A program made the translations under genes and the position numbers. Below the pieces are notes generated by a model. The model had not been told where the DNA came from. It saw nothing but the letters and a program-made list of their open reading frames with translations, and made no database searches. From Thraustochytrium aureum (lineage: Eukaryota), in NCBI GenBank assembly GCA_012862495.1, contig BLSG01000081.1, positions 107,186 to 171,185 on the forward strand: a DNA stretch of 64,000 nt, given 5' to 3'. Positions 52,345 to 61,388 of the stretch are shown piece after piece. Position 1 is the stretch's first letter. The number at the start of each line of letters is the position of its first letter.

Positions 52345-55300
52345 ATGGCGCCCACATGGCCCGCTGTGCTGCGCGGAGCCGCGCTTGTCGCTCTAGGGCT
52401 GGCGGCACTGGCGCAGGGCGAGACCTTCGTTGCAGTGCTCGACTGCACCTCTGCGCAATTTGACGGCGGCTTCAACCAGATGATGAGTGAAGGGCTCGTA
52501 GAAGCCGTCGATACAGCAAACAGTGGCGGCAAGGCAGTGCAATACAGGTTCGTCTCTACCTGCAAGGCTGAAGGCGGCCTTGCCGCTCTCCTTAGTGACG
52601 CGACTCTGGATGTGCAACACGTCTTCCTGAACGGGTTCAATGTCGTAAGGGAATACGATGACTACATCACAACCTACAAGAATGTCCGCTTCACGGCGAT
52701 CGACGAAGTGCCCAAAACGCTGGCCAGCAACGTGCAAGCTGCCCTCTTCGCTGAGGACGAAGGCTCATTCGTGATCGGCGCGCTTGCTGGGCTCTACGCC
52801 AAGCAAGCCGATCCTAGCGAACTCGCCCCAGTCGTTGGCGCCGTTTTCGGGACGCCGTTTCCTCCGCTCAAGCGCCTCCGCAACGGGTTCCTCCTTGGTG
52901 TCCGCCACAAGTGCCCCAACTGCATTGTCATCTCCGACTACATCTGGTCGTTCAGCAACCCCGCACTCGGCGAGCGCGCAGCAGCCAACCTGACGGAGCT
53001 CGGCGCCAAGATAATCTTTGCCGCTGGCGGGGAGACGGGCGTCGGCGTGCTAAAGTCTAGCAGCAAGCTGTCAGTTCCTGTGCTCGGTGTTGACACGGAC
53101 CAGTACCAGACAGTGTTCAACGGCAACGCAACGGAGGGTAAGTGGATCGTCTCTTCCATGCTTAAAAAGGTCGACGCCACAGTGAAGCGCGTCGTCAAAG
53201 ACCACCTGTCCAACGTTTTCCAAGGCGGCAAAACGATCACGATGGACTACGGCAACGACGGCATTGGCCTCGCCGAATGCCACGAGGCCTGCGCGTTCTA
53301 TGACCGCGAAGAGGTTGGCAAGGTCGTAGAGAACATGGAGGTTGGTCTTGTGAGGTCTGGCGTAGACAGTGCGAGTGGCCAGGTTTTGCAAAGCTCGTTC
53401 TACAACCTCGAGACACTCCCGGACAACAGCTGGACACCAGTTCAGACTTTCGGCGAGCAGCCCGATGCGGTTGTCGACGCTGCCTCGGGAACTGTAGCCA
53501 TGCTTGGCGATACAGTTATGCTCATGTATGGCGGCACGACGGAAAATGCTCCCAAAGGAACAAACACGCTTTGGAGCTTCAACGCGGGCAGCATGTCTTG
53601 GGCTCGCCCGATGCTGGACCTCAGCTCGGAGGAGCCGGGGAACCGGCACTCGGCGACGTTCACGGGTGTGCAGTGCGACAGCAACGACAGCAACTATGCG
53701 ATTCTCATTGGAGGGGTGAATGGGTCAGAAATCGTTGACGATGTCTGGCGCCTCGATCTCCCGGACACGGTATCCTCGCCCTTGTCTAGGTGGACGAAGC
53801 TCGAGCCCGTCCCAGGCAATCAAGGACCAGGCAAGCGCGAGGGCCACTCTGCCGTTGCAGTCAATTGTGGCATCTACGTGTTTGGCGGGCGCGGAGATTC
53901 CGGGGCTCTGCAGAACGACATGTGGTACCTCGACACGAAGACAGGCAAGTGGGATTTGGTCTGCAGCAACTGCGGCCCTCCGAACCGATGGTATTCTACG
54001 CTTGTGTATTTATCGGATCAAAGTGCACTGTATCTGCACGGCGGCCGCGACGGCCAGCGCGCGCTGCTTCGTGATACCTATCGCTTCGATCTGGAAAATA
54101 AGGAGTGGACGCTGAAAGCCGAAGCGCCGGTCTCCCGCGCTCAGCACATCGCGGTCGAGTTCCTGGTCCGTCCACCAGGTGGCGAAAGGCAAAGGGTCAT
54201 GGCGGTGTCGGGGGGCGACGTTGGGGAAGACACCACGCAACGCGAAAGGCGAAGCGTTGCTTACTACCTTCCTGTGGAGGACAAGTGGATCCTCGTTGCG
54301 AGCTATCAGGTTGTCAAGGACTCTGCGTGCCCGAGCTCTACTGCCGCCCCCTCCACGGACGAAGGGAGCGGGTTGCCGGCCGATTTTGTTTCGCGTCGAT
54401 CGCACGTCGCCTTTGCCCTCCCAGACCCCTTTGATTCGCGTAGCGACCGCCTCGCCGTGTTTGGCGGCACAAACACGAACATCGGCGAGTCACTGAGGCG
54501 ATTCGAACTGTTTCATCCCAGCGAGACAAGCGTCATACCCAATCTCAACCAGCTCGGGTCTCTTGTTGGGGCGCTATATTCGATGTTTGCGATATGCGTG
54601 CTCCTCGCCCTTTCGCTCATCGTTTGGGCGCTTAAAAAGAAGGAGCACCAGGTGCTGCGAAGCGCTCAGCTACCCTTTTTGCTCATGATCGCAGTGGGCG
54701 TGATCATCTCCTCGCTGTCGATCGTCACGATTGCGGTGGACGACAGCGGCGATGAAGAGGATCTCGCTTTGAGTGGCGATTACACCGCAGGGAACGCGGC
54801 GTGCATGGCTAGCGTTTGGCTTTTCGCGACAGGTTTCATCTGCTCCTTCGCACCCCTCTTCGGCAAGATGTGGCGAGTTCACAAGATCTTTTCGGACACC
54901 AAGATGAAACGCATCATCATCAGCAACGGCCAGCTCATCAGGATTTGCCTTGGTCTCCTGGTGATTGAATGGGCCATCGTGCTCGCCTGGCAGATCCAGA
55001 GCCCGCTGCGCTACGAGCGCCGCGCGGTGCAGCTCGACGAGTACGAAAATGTTCTCGAGTCGGTGGGTACCTGCCGAAGCGACAACTCGACGCCGTACCT
55101 GTTCACGTTGCTTGCCTTCCACCTGTGCATCCTGTTCTACGGCAACTTTCTCAGCTGGAAGGCTCGCAAAATCGACGTTCGCTTCCAAGAGTCGAGCGGC
55201 ATTTCCATGGCACTCATTGCCAACCTGCAGGTGCTCGCCCTCTCCATACCGGTTCTGATACTCGTCTCTGACAACCCCATGGCGCTTGCCACTGTGCTCA

Positions 55301-55599
55301 GTGGTGTGATTTTCCTCAACAACGTCTCGATCCTCTGCTGCATCTTCATCCCGAAGGTGCTCATGGTTCGTTCCGGCAAGTACAACAACGTCTCGTTTAC
55401 CGATAGCTCCAGAGATGAGACGATCAAGCCGCGCTCGTCCCTGTACGGCAAGTCTTCGCTCAACAACACGTACGATGGATCGCATTTCGCATCGTCGTAC
55501 GTGGGCAAGGAAGTTTCGGACTTTTCTGTTGGGCCGCCGGACTCGCCAGCGCCGTTTCCGCCTGCAGAGCTGGGCAGCTCGCAATACAAGTACGTCTAG
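52345..55599 (+). CDS. Chimeric class C (GABA-B-like) GPCR: signal peptide + BMP/PnrA-type solute-binding domain + Kelch repeats + 7TM
   Basis: BMP motifs DGGFNQ, FAEDEGSFVIGALAG, IIFAAGGETGVG, GVDTDQ, SSMLKKVD. Kelch motifs LMYGG, ILIGG, REGHSAV..IYVFGG..NDMWYLD, LYLHGG. 7tm_3 motifs LFGKMWRVHKIF, FQESSGI, IFIPKV. Confidence 0.88.
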   Translation: MAPTWPAVLRGAALVALGLAALAQGETFVAVLDCTSAQFDGGFNQMMSEGLVEAVDTANSGGKAVQYRFVSTCKAEGGLAALLSDATLDVQHVFLNGFNVVREYDDYITTYKNVRFTAIDEVPKTLASNVQAALFAEDEGSFVIGALAGLYAKQADPSELAPVVGAVFGTPFPPLKRLRNGFLLGVRHKCPNCIVISDYIWSFSNPALGERAAANLTELGAKIIFAAGGETGVGVLKSSSKLSVPVLGVDTDQYQTVFNGNATEGKWIVSSMLKKVDATVKRVVKDHLSNVFQGGKTITMDYGNDGIGLAECHEACAFYDREEVGKVVENMEVGLVRSGVDSASGQVLQSSFYNLETLPDNSWTPVQTFGEQPDAVVDAASGTVAMLGDTVMLMYGGTTENAPKGTNTLWSFNAGSMSWARPMLDLSSEEPGNRHSATFTGVQCDSNDSNYAILIGGVNGSEIVDDVWRLDLPDTVSSPLSRWTKLEPVPGNQGPGKREGHSAVAVNCGIYVFGGRGDSGALQNDMWYLDTKTGKWDLVCSNCGPPNRWYSTLVYLSDQSALYLHGGRDGQRALLRDTYRFDLENKEWTLKAEAPVSRAQHIAVEFLVRPPGGERQRVMAVSGGDVGEDTTQRERRSVAYYLPVEDKWILVASYQVVKDSACPSSTAAPSTDEGSGLPADFVSRRSHVAFALPDPFDSRSDRLAVFGGTNTNIGESLRRFELFHPSETSVIPNLNQLGSLVGALYSMFAICVLLALSLIVWALKKKEHQVLRSAQLPFLLMIAVGVIISSLSIVTIAVDDSGDEEDLALSGDYTAGNAACMASVWLFATGFICSFAPLFGKMWRVHKIFSDTKMKRIIISNGQLIRICLGLLVIEWAIVLAWQIQSPLRYERRAVQLDEYENVLESVGTCRSDNSTPYLFTLLAFHLCILFYGNFLSWKARKIDVRFQESSGISMALIANLQVLALSIPVLILVSDNPMALATVLSGVIFLNNVSILCCIFIPKVLMVRSGKYNNVSFTDSSRDETIKPRSSLYGKSSLNNTYDGSHFASSYVGKEVSDFSVGPPDSPAPFPPAELGSSQYKYV

Positions 55600-56077
55600 A
55601 GTTAGCTAAAGAAACGGGCATTTGCACGCCGTCGACGCTAGCGCAACGAAAGCCCATAATCATCACAATCATGTAAGTACTCCCTACGCCCCTTTTAAAG
55701 CCCAGTGGGCCTTTTCTCGGAGACTTGTCAAAGGTACTCAACAGGCGCGCAGCCATTGACCTGCTGCATGGTTTGCGGCTCAATGAGTGTTGCGAGTCTC
55801 GCGTTTTGCCTCGAGCCGTTGGCGCAAGTCTCAAGAACTCCTGCCGCTTCTTGGTCTGGTCTGGTCTGGTCTGGCCGTCATTTTGATCATAGATCCTTCG
55901 GGTTGCGATCGAGCCACTGCCCACTGCAGGATGGCACAGCCAATAAGGTTCTTGGTCAGCCGTGGGCCGGTTCTTGTTGGCGGCGTGTAACATTTGCCTG
56001 GTTTTGAAGCGACGCAAGCGCGCTACTTTTGCTATGTCTGCACGTTGAGAGAGCGCTTCTGGCTATTAGCTAGAGAG

Positions 56078-56506
56078 TTAGTACGGGATGGACTTGAAGA
56101 CGAAGATCTGGAGCAGGACGCCGAGCTCGACAACTGCAGGAGCCACGCTGAAAGCGCCTGCGATGCGCCAATAAGACCCTGCTGGCCATTCGTTCAGCAC
56201 AAACCAGCACGTGTAGAGCGCGCCTAGAAAATGCAGCACAGACTGGACAAGGTTGACGCTGCGCATAAATATCGAGAGTCCACCAAAAAGCCCCAAAAAG
56301 TCGAAAAAGAAACAGCACACCGACACCGTCCACGCAACCTTGAGAGCGTGCAGTTCGTCCGCGAATTCTGCTCGGGTCGGGTTGCTTCCGAGTCCCGCGC
56401 TCACGTTGGCGTCCATGTGGTAAAACATCACCAGCACCGCCAGCAAATGGCCAACCGTGATGGAAAACCTGCCAGGGATCAAGTACGCTTCAGCCTTGCC
56501 GACCAT
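56078..56506 (-). CDS. TMEM107: Transmembrane protein 107 (ciliary transition zone)
   Basis: LIPGRF...HL, NVSAGL, GLFGGLSIF, HFLGA..TCWFV...W....YW, APAVVE; about 142 aa with 4 TM. Confidence 0.8.
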   Translation of the reverse strand: MVGKAEAYLIPGRFSITVGHLLAVLVMFYHMDANVSAGLGSNPTRAEFADELHALKVAWTVSVCCFFFDFLGLFGGLSIFMRSVNLVQSVLHFLGALYTCWFVLNEWPAGSYWRIAGAFSVAPAVVELGVLLQIFVFKSIPY

Positions 56507-57037
56507 CGTGGCACAGAGCAGCAGCACGAGGCACAGGGGCCTCTTTGCAAGCCCCAGCCCGCCCGCCCCGCCCGCCTCGCCGTCTCTGTCGACGACTGGC
56601 CCCGGCCGTCCGCCCGCCCACCTACCACCGCAGCTGGCAGGTCGTGAAGCTGCACTGGAAGGTGTTGTCGCTCGCGAGGTGGGGGGGTCTTCACCGAAAT
56701 CCACCTCAACAACCGGCGCCCTCGCCTCCCTGCGCTGCCGTCGTTGTCGCCGCCGCCACGGGCTTGCTCGACCGTTTGGGCTCTGGGGCGCTGGTGCATT
56801 GTTTCATGCTCGATCATTTCAGGTGTGGTGGAGGGTGGAAATGCACTGGTGTCCGGTGTTACCGTTTCGAATCGGTCGGCACACACATTGACAACCCAAC
56901 GCCCCCCCCAAACTGATGACACTCACCGTGAGGCACCTCCTGCGCAGCGCCATTCGCTCACTCGGCGTCGCGACCAAGACGAGCGCGCCGTGCGACAGTG
57001 GCTCGGGCTAGCGGTGGCCGATGAGCGCAGAGTCGGT

Positions 57038-58375
57038 ATGGGTGGCGTCGTCGCGAAGGTAGCCGTGGACAAGTGGCGAGCCCTGACGCAAAAGCACCAG
57101 GAAATCCTCGACTGCCTGGATGAGATAAAGAGCAACCCAGCAGATGGCGAGCTGATCAAGAACAAGATCGAGGAGCTCCGCAGGTTGATCCGCTCGCGCG
57201 TGTCGCCTGAAGCCTTCAGAGAGCACCTGCGAGTTTGCGCGACCTGCGACCCTTGCGTCGTGTCGCTGCTCGTGGACGTGATCACAAAGCACACCGACGA
57301 GCTCCTGCTCCGCGAAGCGTGCGCGCTTATCGCCGATCTGGCTGCGGATATTGGCAATGCTGACCGGATGCGCGAGTTCGAGATGTCGCAGCACCTGATC
57401 AAGCTCGCCAAGGCCAACGCGGACGACGAGTTCATTGTAGAAGACATCCGGCGCGCATTTCGTAACGCAAAGAGTTCGCTTACGCGGATGGGAGCGGCCC
57501 TTATCGCTGACGGGGTCCAGGCTGGCTCGATGGGCAAGATTTTTCTCGCGATGCGCAACCAGCCCAAAAGCGTTGCTGTGCAGCGCTCAGCGCTTGTGGC
57601 CCTCGTTGCGATTTGCCAGGACCCGGAAACGTGCAAGCAAGTCCTCGACGTAGACGGAGGCCCGAAGACGCTGCTCGCGACTATGGCCCGGCACCGTGCA
57701 GACGTCGAGGTCCAGGTCCTCTGCTTGCAGTCCCTCAGCTTGCTCGCCAAGTCGTGCGTTGAAGTGAGCTGGCTGCTCGGCAGGGCTGGCGCCTCGGCGG
57801 TGATAGCTGCAAACCTCAACGCAACAAGCGAACTGCAGCGAGAGCATCTGCAGCAGGCCATATGGACGCTCAACGAGCTCGGCAAGCAGCGCAAAAATCT
57901 GGACAGATTCGTTCTCCAGGATCGGATGGGCCTCGCGCTGCGCCGAGCCAAGCGCCTACTACTCGAATCGGAGGGCAAAGGAGAGGAGGCCAAGGACCAG
58001 GACGAAGCTTTGGTCGACCTCGCCACGCTCGACCCCGAGGAGCGCAAGGCTGAGAGGCGGCGGCGCAGGGAACTGGCGCGTCAGCAGGGGCGACTCGTAA
58101 TCCCGCTCAAGCTTCGGCGCCTTATACAGCGCAGCGAGTCAGACGCCGAAGACGAATCGCTGCTCTTTCAAACCGCCGAGCCTGCTTCAAGCGGGGATGA
58201 AGAAGATGGCGGCCATTTTCTCTTGAACGAAGTCGCGCACGTCGAATCTGATGTGGAATTAGAGAACGTGCTTGTCGACGCCTTTAGCAGCATGGAAAGA
58301 AGCGCCATGACACCTGCGATGCTGCAAACGCTCGAAAAGCGGCGCCAGGACAACTTGAGGTTCAAGGCTACGTAG
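57038..58375 (+). CDS. Armadillo-repeat protein
   Basis: Helical repeats such as IFLAMRNQPKSVAVQRSALVALVAIC and LLATMARHRADVEVQVLCLQSLSLLA. Confidence 0.7.
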   Translation: MGGVVAKVAVDKWRALTQKHQEILDCLDEIKSNPADGELIKNKIEELRRLIRSRVSPEAFREHLRVCATCDPCVVSLLVDVITKHTDELLLREACALIADLAADIGNADRMREFEMSQHLIKLAKANADDEFIVEDIRRAFRNAKSSLTRMGAALIADGVQAGSMGKIFLAMRNQPKSVAVQRSALVALVAICQDPETCKQVLDVDGGPKTLLATMARHRADVEVQVLCLQSLSLLAKSCVEVSWLLGRAGASAVIAANLNATSELQREHLQQAIWTLNELGKQRKNLDRFVLQDRMGLALRRAKRLLLESEGKGEEAKDQDEALVDLATLDPEERKAERRRRRELARQQGRLVIPLKLRRLIQRSESDAEDESLLFQTAEPASSGDEEDGGHFLLNEVAHVESDVELENVLVDAFSSMERSAMTPAMLQTLEKRRQDNLRFKAT

Positions 58376-58602
58376 TCAGCATTCTCTCTTATCACAGAGG
58401 GCCGCGACGTGCTGCTTTGGCATCCTTGCATGGCATGGGTCTGTTCCGGCACGGCAAATGCCGCGCGAATGAAATTCACGAGGGCGTTGCTCGAAGCTAA
58501 AACGATGCACACGACGCTGCCACAGGATAGCGCAAGGCTTTTTTATTGTTTCTCTTGAAATCAATTGAAAAACAATTTGAGAAATGATGTAGATTGATTG
58601 GC

Positions 58603-60135
58603 CTAGTCGACGACGCGGCTGAACGGAAGACCGAGGAGCGAGCACGCCTCGAAGAATCGAGGGACCAGCGCCGTCTGCAGAAGAAACTGCGCAGACATCT
58701 CGTTTGGGCTTCGCGGCGAGACTCGGGCGAAGTGCACAATCGGGTAAAACTTGCTCCGAAGCGTTGCCGCCGTCACCCCCGGGCCAAGTTGGATGTCAAA
58801 CCAGTTGTAGGTCTTCCACTCGTTGACAAGGAAGTAGTTTCCGGCCGGATCCACCGCGGCGTCCACCTGTGGGCTGAACAGGGTCTGGCCCGGCTCAGCA
58901 AATCCGCGTGCAGCCTCAAACCAAGCTTCGCTTTGTTCAAGACGCTCCGGATCGCACGTCGCTCGCCGCGCAGCGCGATGAATCGCCATAGCCGTCGGGG
59001 CCAACAGATGGGGACCGGGGGGCTCGGAGTTTGCAAGTCCATCTGCGCTCGGCAGTTCAGGGACCGCGACCGGTTCGAGCGTGATGATCGCGATCGCATT
59101 GCCGTCATAGTTCTGGTCCGGAAATCGCTTAGTGCGGCCCCGCAGGTTGACGACATAGTCCAACTGCCACTTGTGCAGAACGCGGCCCTCCGCCGAGGCA
59201 ATGGCAGAGATCACACAGGCGATCATGAGCTCGTAGGAGGAAAACCACTCGCCAGCAGCGGTGTCCACGTGAGCAGCTACTTCGGCCTTGAGCTTGGCGA
59301 GTTCGCTGTTTGAGACCGCAACCTCGACGACCTCTGATACAGCCGCCTGCGCTGCAAGCTTGCTCGCGAGCGCTGTGCGCTCGTGCGCGTCAAGGGGGCA
59401 CAGCTCGCGTCCTGTCAGGGACCGCCAGTGACGCACAAGGGCCTCCTTACTCTGCGCCACCCCGTCGGGGAGCCTCGCGCAGACCTCCCTGCCAGCGACC
59501 CAAGGCTCGCTTGCCAGCGGCTCGGCAACCGCGCTGGCCGGCCTGCCTTGGCCGAGCATCCGTGCCGAGACGCAGTGGAGGAACGTGCAATAGGTGCTTG
59601 CGTCACCGAGGCCGTGGTTGACGCACAGCCCAAGCACAGACACTTGGAAGGCAGGGAAGATGGTAAGCCTGAACGTCGCAAGCGGCTCAAGCTCGGTGGG
59701 CTTTCGCGCGGCCTCGGCAGGTCGGCTTGGGCACAAGGGCGAGTTAATCCACGCCTCAGTCGTCGCGGAGTCTCGCGGGGGCGCCCCGTCGTCGCACCAA
59801 ACCTGGAGGGCGACGCCGTCGCACCCTTTCAACACGTCCCCATCGTGTAACCGTGCCGCCCACGTTGGATGAGCGTCCAGCGCCTCAGCAATGGCCCTGG
59901 TCAGCTCAGACACGTCTGGCACGCCATCAAATCTCATGCACATGTACGTCCACGCCCCGCTCATCGTGGTGCTGAAGACGGTCAGCGGCACTCCCCCATC
60001 TTCAATACGGTGTCCGCCGGCGGGCTGCACAAGCGCCTCGCTCACGCAGCGTCTGGCCGCTGCCGCCGTCGGCGCCAAAACCTCCGCGTTGGCGGGCGGC
60101 TCGGCCTTGGCGGGCGGCTCAGCCTTGGCGGGCAT
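58603..60135 (-). CDS. CoA-dependent acyltransferase, BAHD/transferase-like
   Basis: ALDAHPTWAARL, catalytic HxxxD in NHGLGDAST, VNLRGR...YDGNA, and a C-terminal WFDIQLG resembling DFGWG. Confidence 0.75.
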   Translation of the reverse strand: MPAKAEPPAKAEPPANAEVLAPTAAAARRCVSEALVQPAGGHRIEDGGVPLTVFSTTMSGAWTYMCMRFDGVPDVSELTRAIAEALDAHPTWAARLHDGDVLKGCDGVALQVWCDDGAPPRDSATTEAWINSPLCPSRPAEAARKPTELEPLATFRLTIFPAFQVSVLGLCVNHGLGDASTYCTFLHCVSARMLGQGRPASAVAEPLASEPWVAGREVCARLPDGVAQSKEALVRHWRSLTGRELCPLDAHERTALASKLAAQAAVSEVVEVAVSNSELAKLKAEVAAHVDTAAGEWFSSYELMIACVISAIASAEGRVLHKWQLDYVVNLRGRTKRFPDQNYDGNAIAIITLEPVAVPELPSADGLANSEPPGPHLLAPTAMAIHRAARRATCDPERLEQSEAWFEAARGFAEPGQTLFSPQVDAAVDPAGNYFLVNEWKTYNWFDIQLGPGVTAATLRSKFYPIVHFARVSPRSPNEMSAQFLLQTALVPRFFEACSLLGLPFSRVVD

Positions 60136-60969
60136 CGTCAGTCAAGGCTTTGCCGCTCGCCTGCGCCGGTTGGGTGGACGGCAAAGACCCGCGCAGCCCG
60201 TCCAATGGGGTCTGCTCGGCGCGGCCAGCATCGAGAGCTCGAGAGAGATCAGATCAGCACGTTTCGCGCATCGTGCCATGAGACTTTTCGGCGTCTCGCA
60301 CACCATGCGTCCGGCCCTGGAGGAACTGCCCTGCCCACAACCTCGGCGGACACAGCGCCCGCCACACCGGCGGCGTCGTCACTGGAGCCCTGTGAGTGTG
60401 CAACACTCGGCTGCGCCCTCCTGCCGCGGCTTCTCTCGGCGATGCCTCGGCGTACCGGCAGTACTCGCTCCCTCCTGTCGCCTCCAGCGTACTATCGCCG
60501 TGTCGGCGCGGGCCGGCCGCGGAGTGCTCCTGCCAACGGCGATGCGTGGAACGGCGGCACGCTGGTGGTGGCATCGCCGGTGCTTGCCGGTGGCAACGCG
60601 CTCGGCCCGTCTCCTCGGCCCCGTCTCCTCGGCCACCACTCGAGGAGTGATGTGATCATGAGTGCGTCGGAGGGCGCTGGCAGGTGTGACGCGCGGGCAA
60701 GTGCCGGCGGTGGTCCACGCAGCAGCAGAGCAGACGAACGAACGCGCTGAACTGCACTCGATCGCCGCAGATGCGTCCCAGCCGCTGCGCCTGACCATCA
60801 GTGAACGTGCAGTGCACTTCCTTCCAGTCAGACGCATTCGCGCGGCGAGCCCGAGTGGGCTGCGAAAGTGGAGTACTTCACGCGTGTGCGTGCATCGGTC
60901 GGTTGGGTCTCTCTCGCTCTCCGTTCCACCCGTCGAGTCCCATGCGCGCAAGCATCCCGCCCGCCCGCG

Positions 60970-61012
60970 CAGTCAGTCAGTCAGTCAATCAATCAATCAC
61001 CAATCAATCAAT
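60970..61012. repeat. (CAGT)n/(CAAT)n microsatellite next to an assembly gap
   Basis: cagtcagtcagtcagtcaatcaatcaatcaccaatcaatcaat seen directly. Confidence 0.85.
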
Positions 61013-61388
61013 CGGGNNNNNNNNNNNNNNNNNNNNNNNNNNNNNNNNNNNNNNNNNNNNNNNNNNNNNNNNNNNNNNNNNNNNNNNNNNNNNNNNNNNN
61101 NNNNNNNNNNNNNNNNNNNNNNGGGCACGCACGCTCGTTGTTTGTTTCCGGCGGGCGTTGGAGCGGGTGGCGTGCGTGTGTGAGAAGCGCGGGAGCGCTC
61201 GAAAAACAAGCGGAAAAAAAGGGCGCCCCAAAGCAAATCCCTTTCGCGGGAAAACGTACCGGCCAGCACGGCGAAGCGAAGCGCGGCGTGGCGAAGCATT
61301 GCAAGGGGTTTGGAAAGCCGCGCGCGTGGGAGAGCTGGGCCTGCTCGAGATACAGGGGCGAGGCCGAGGCCGAGGCCGAGTTGGCAGG

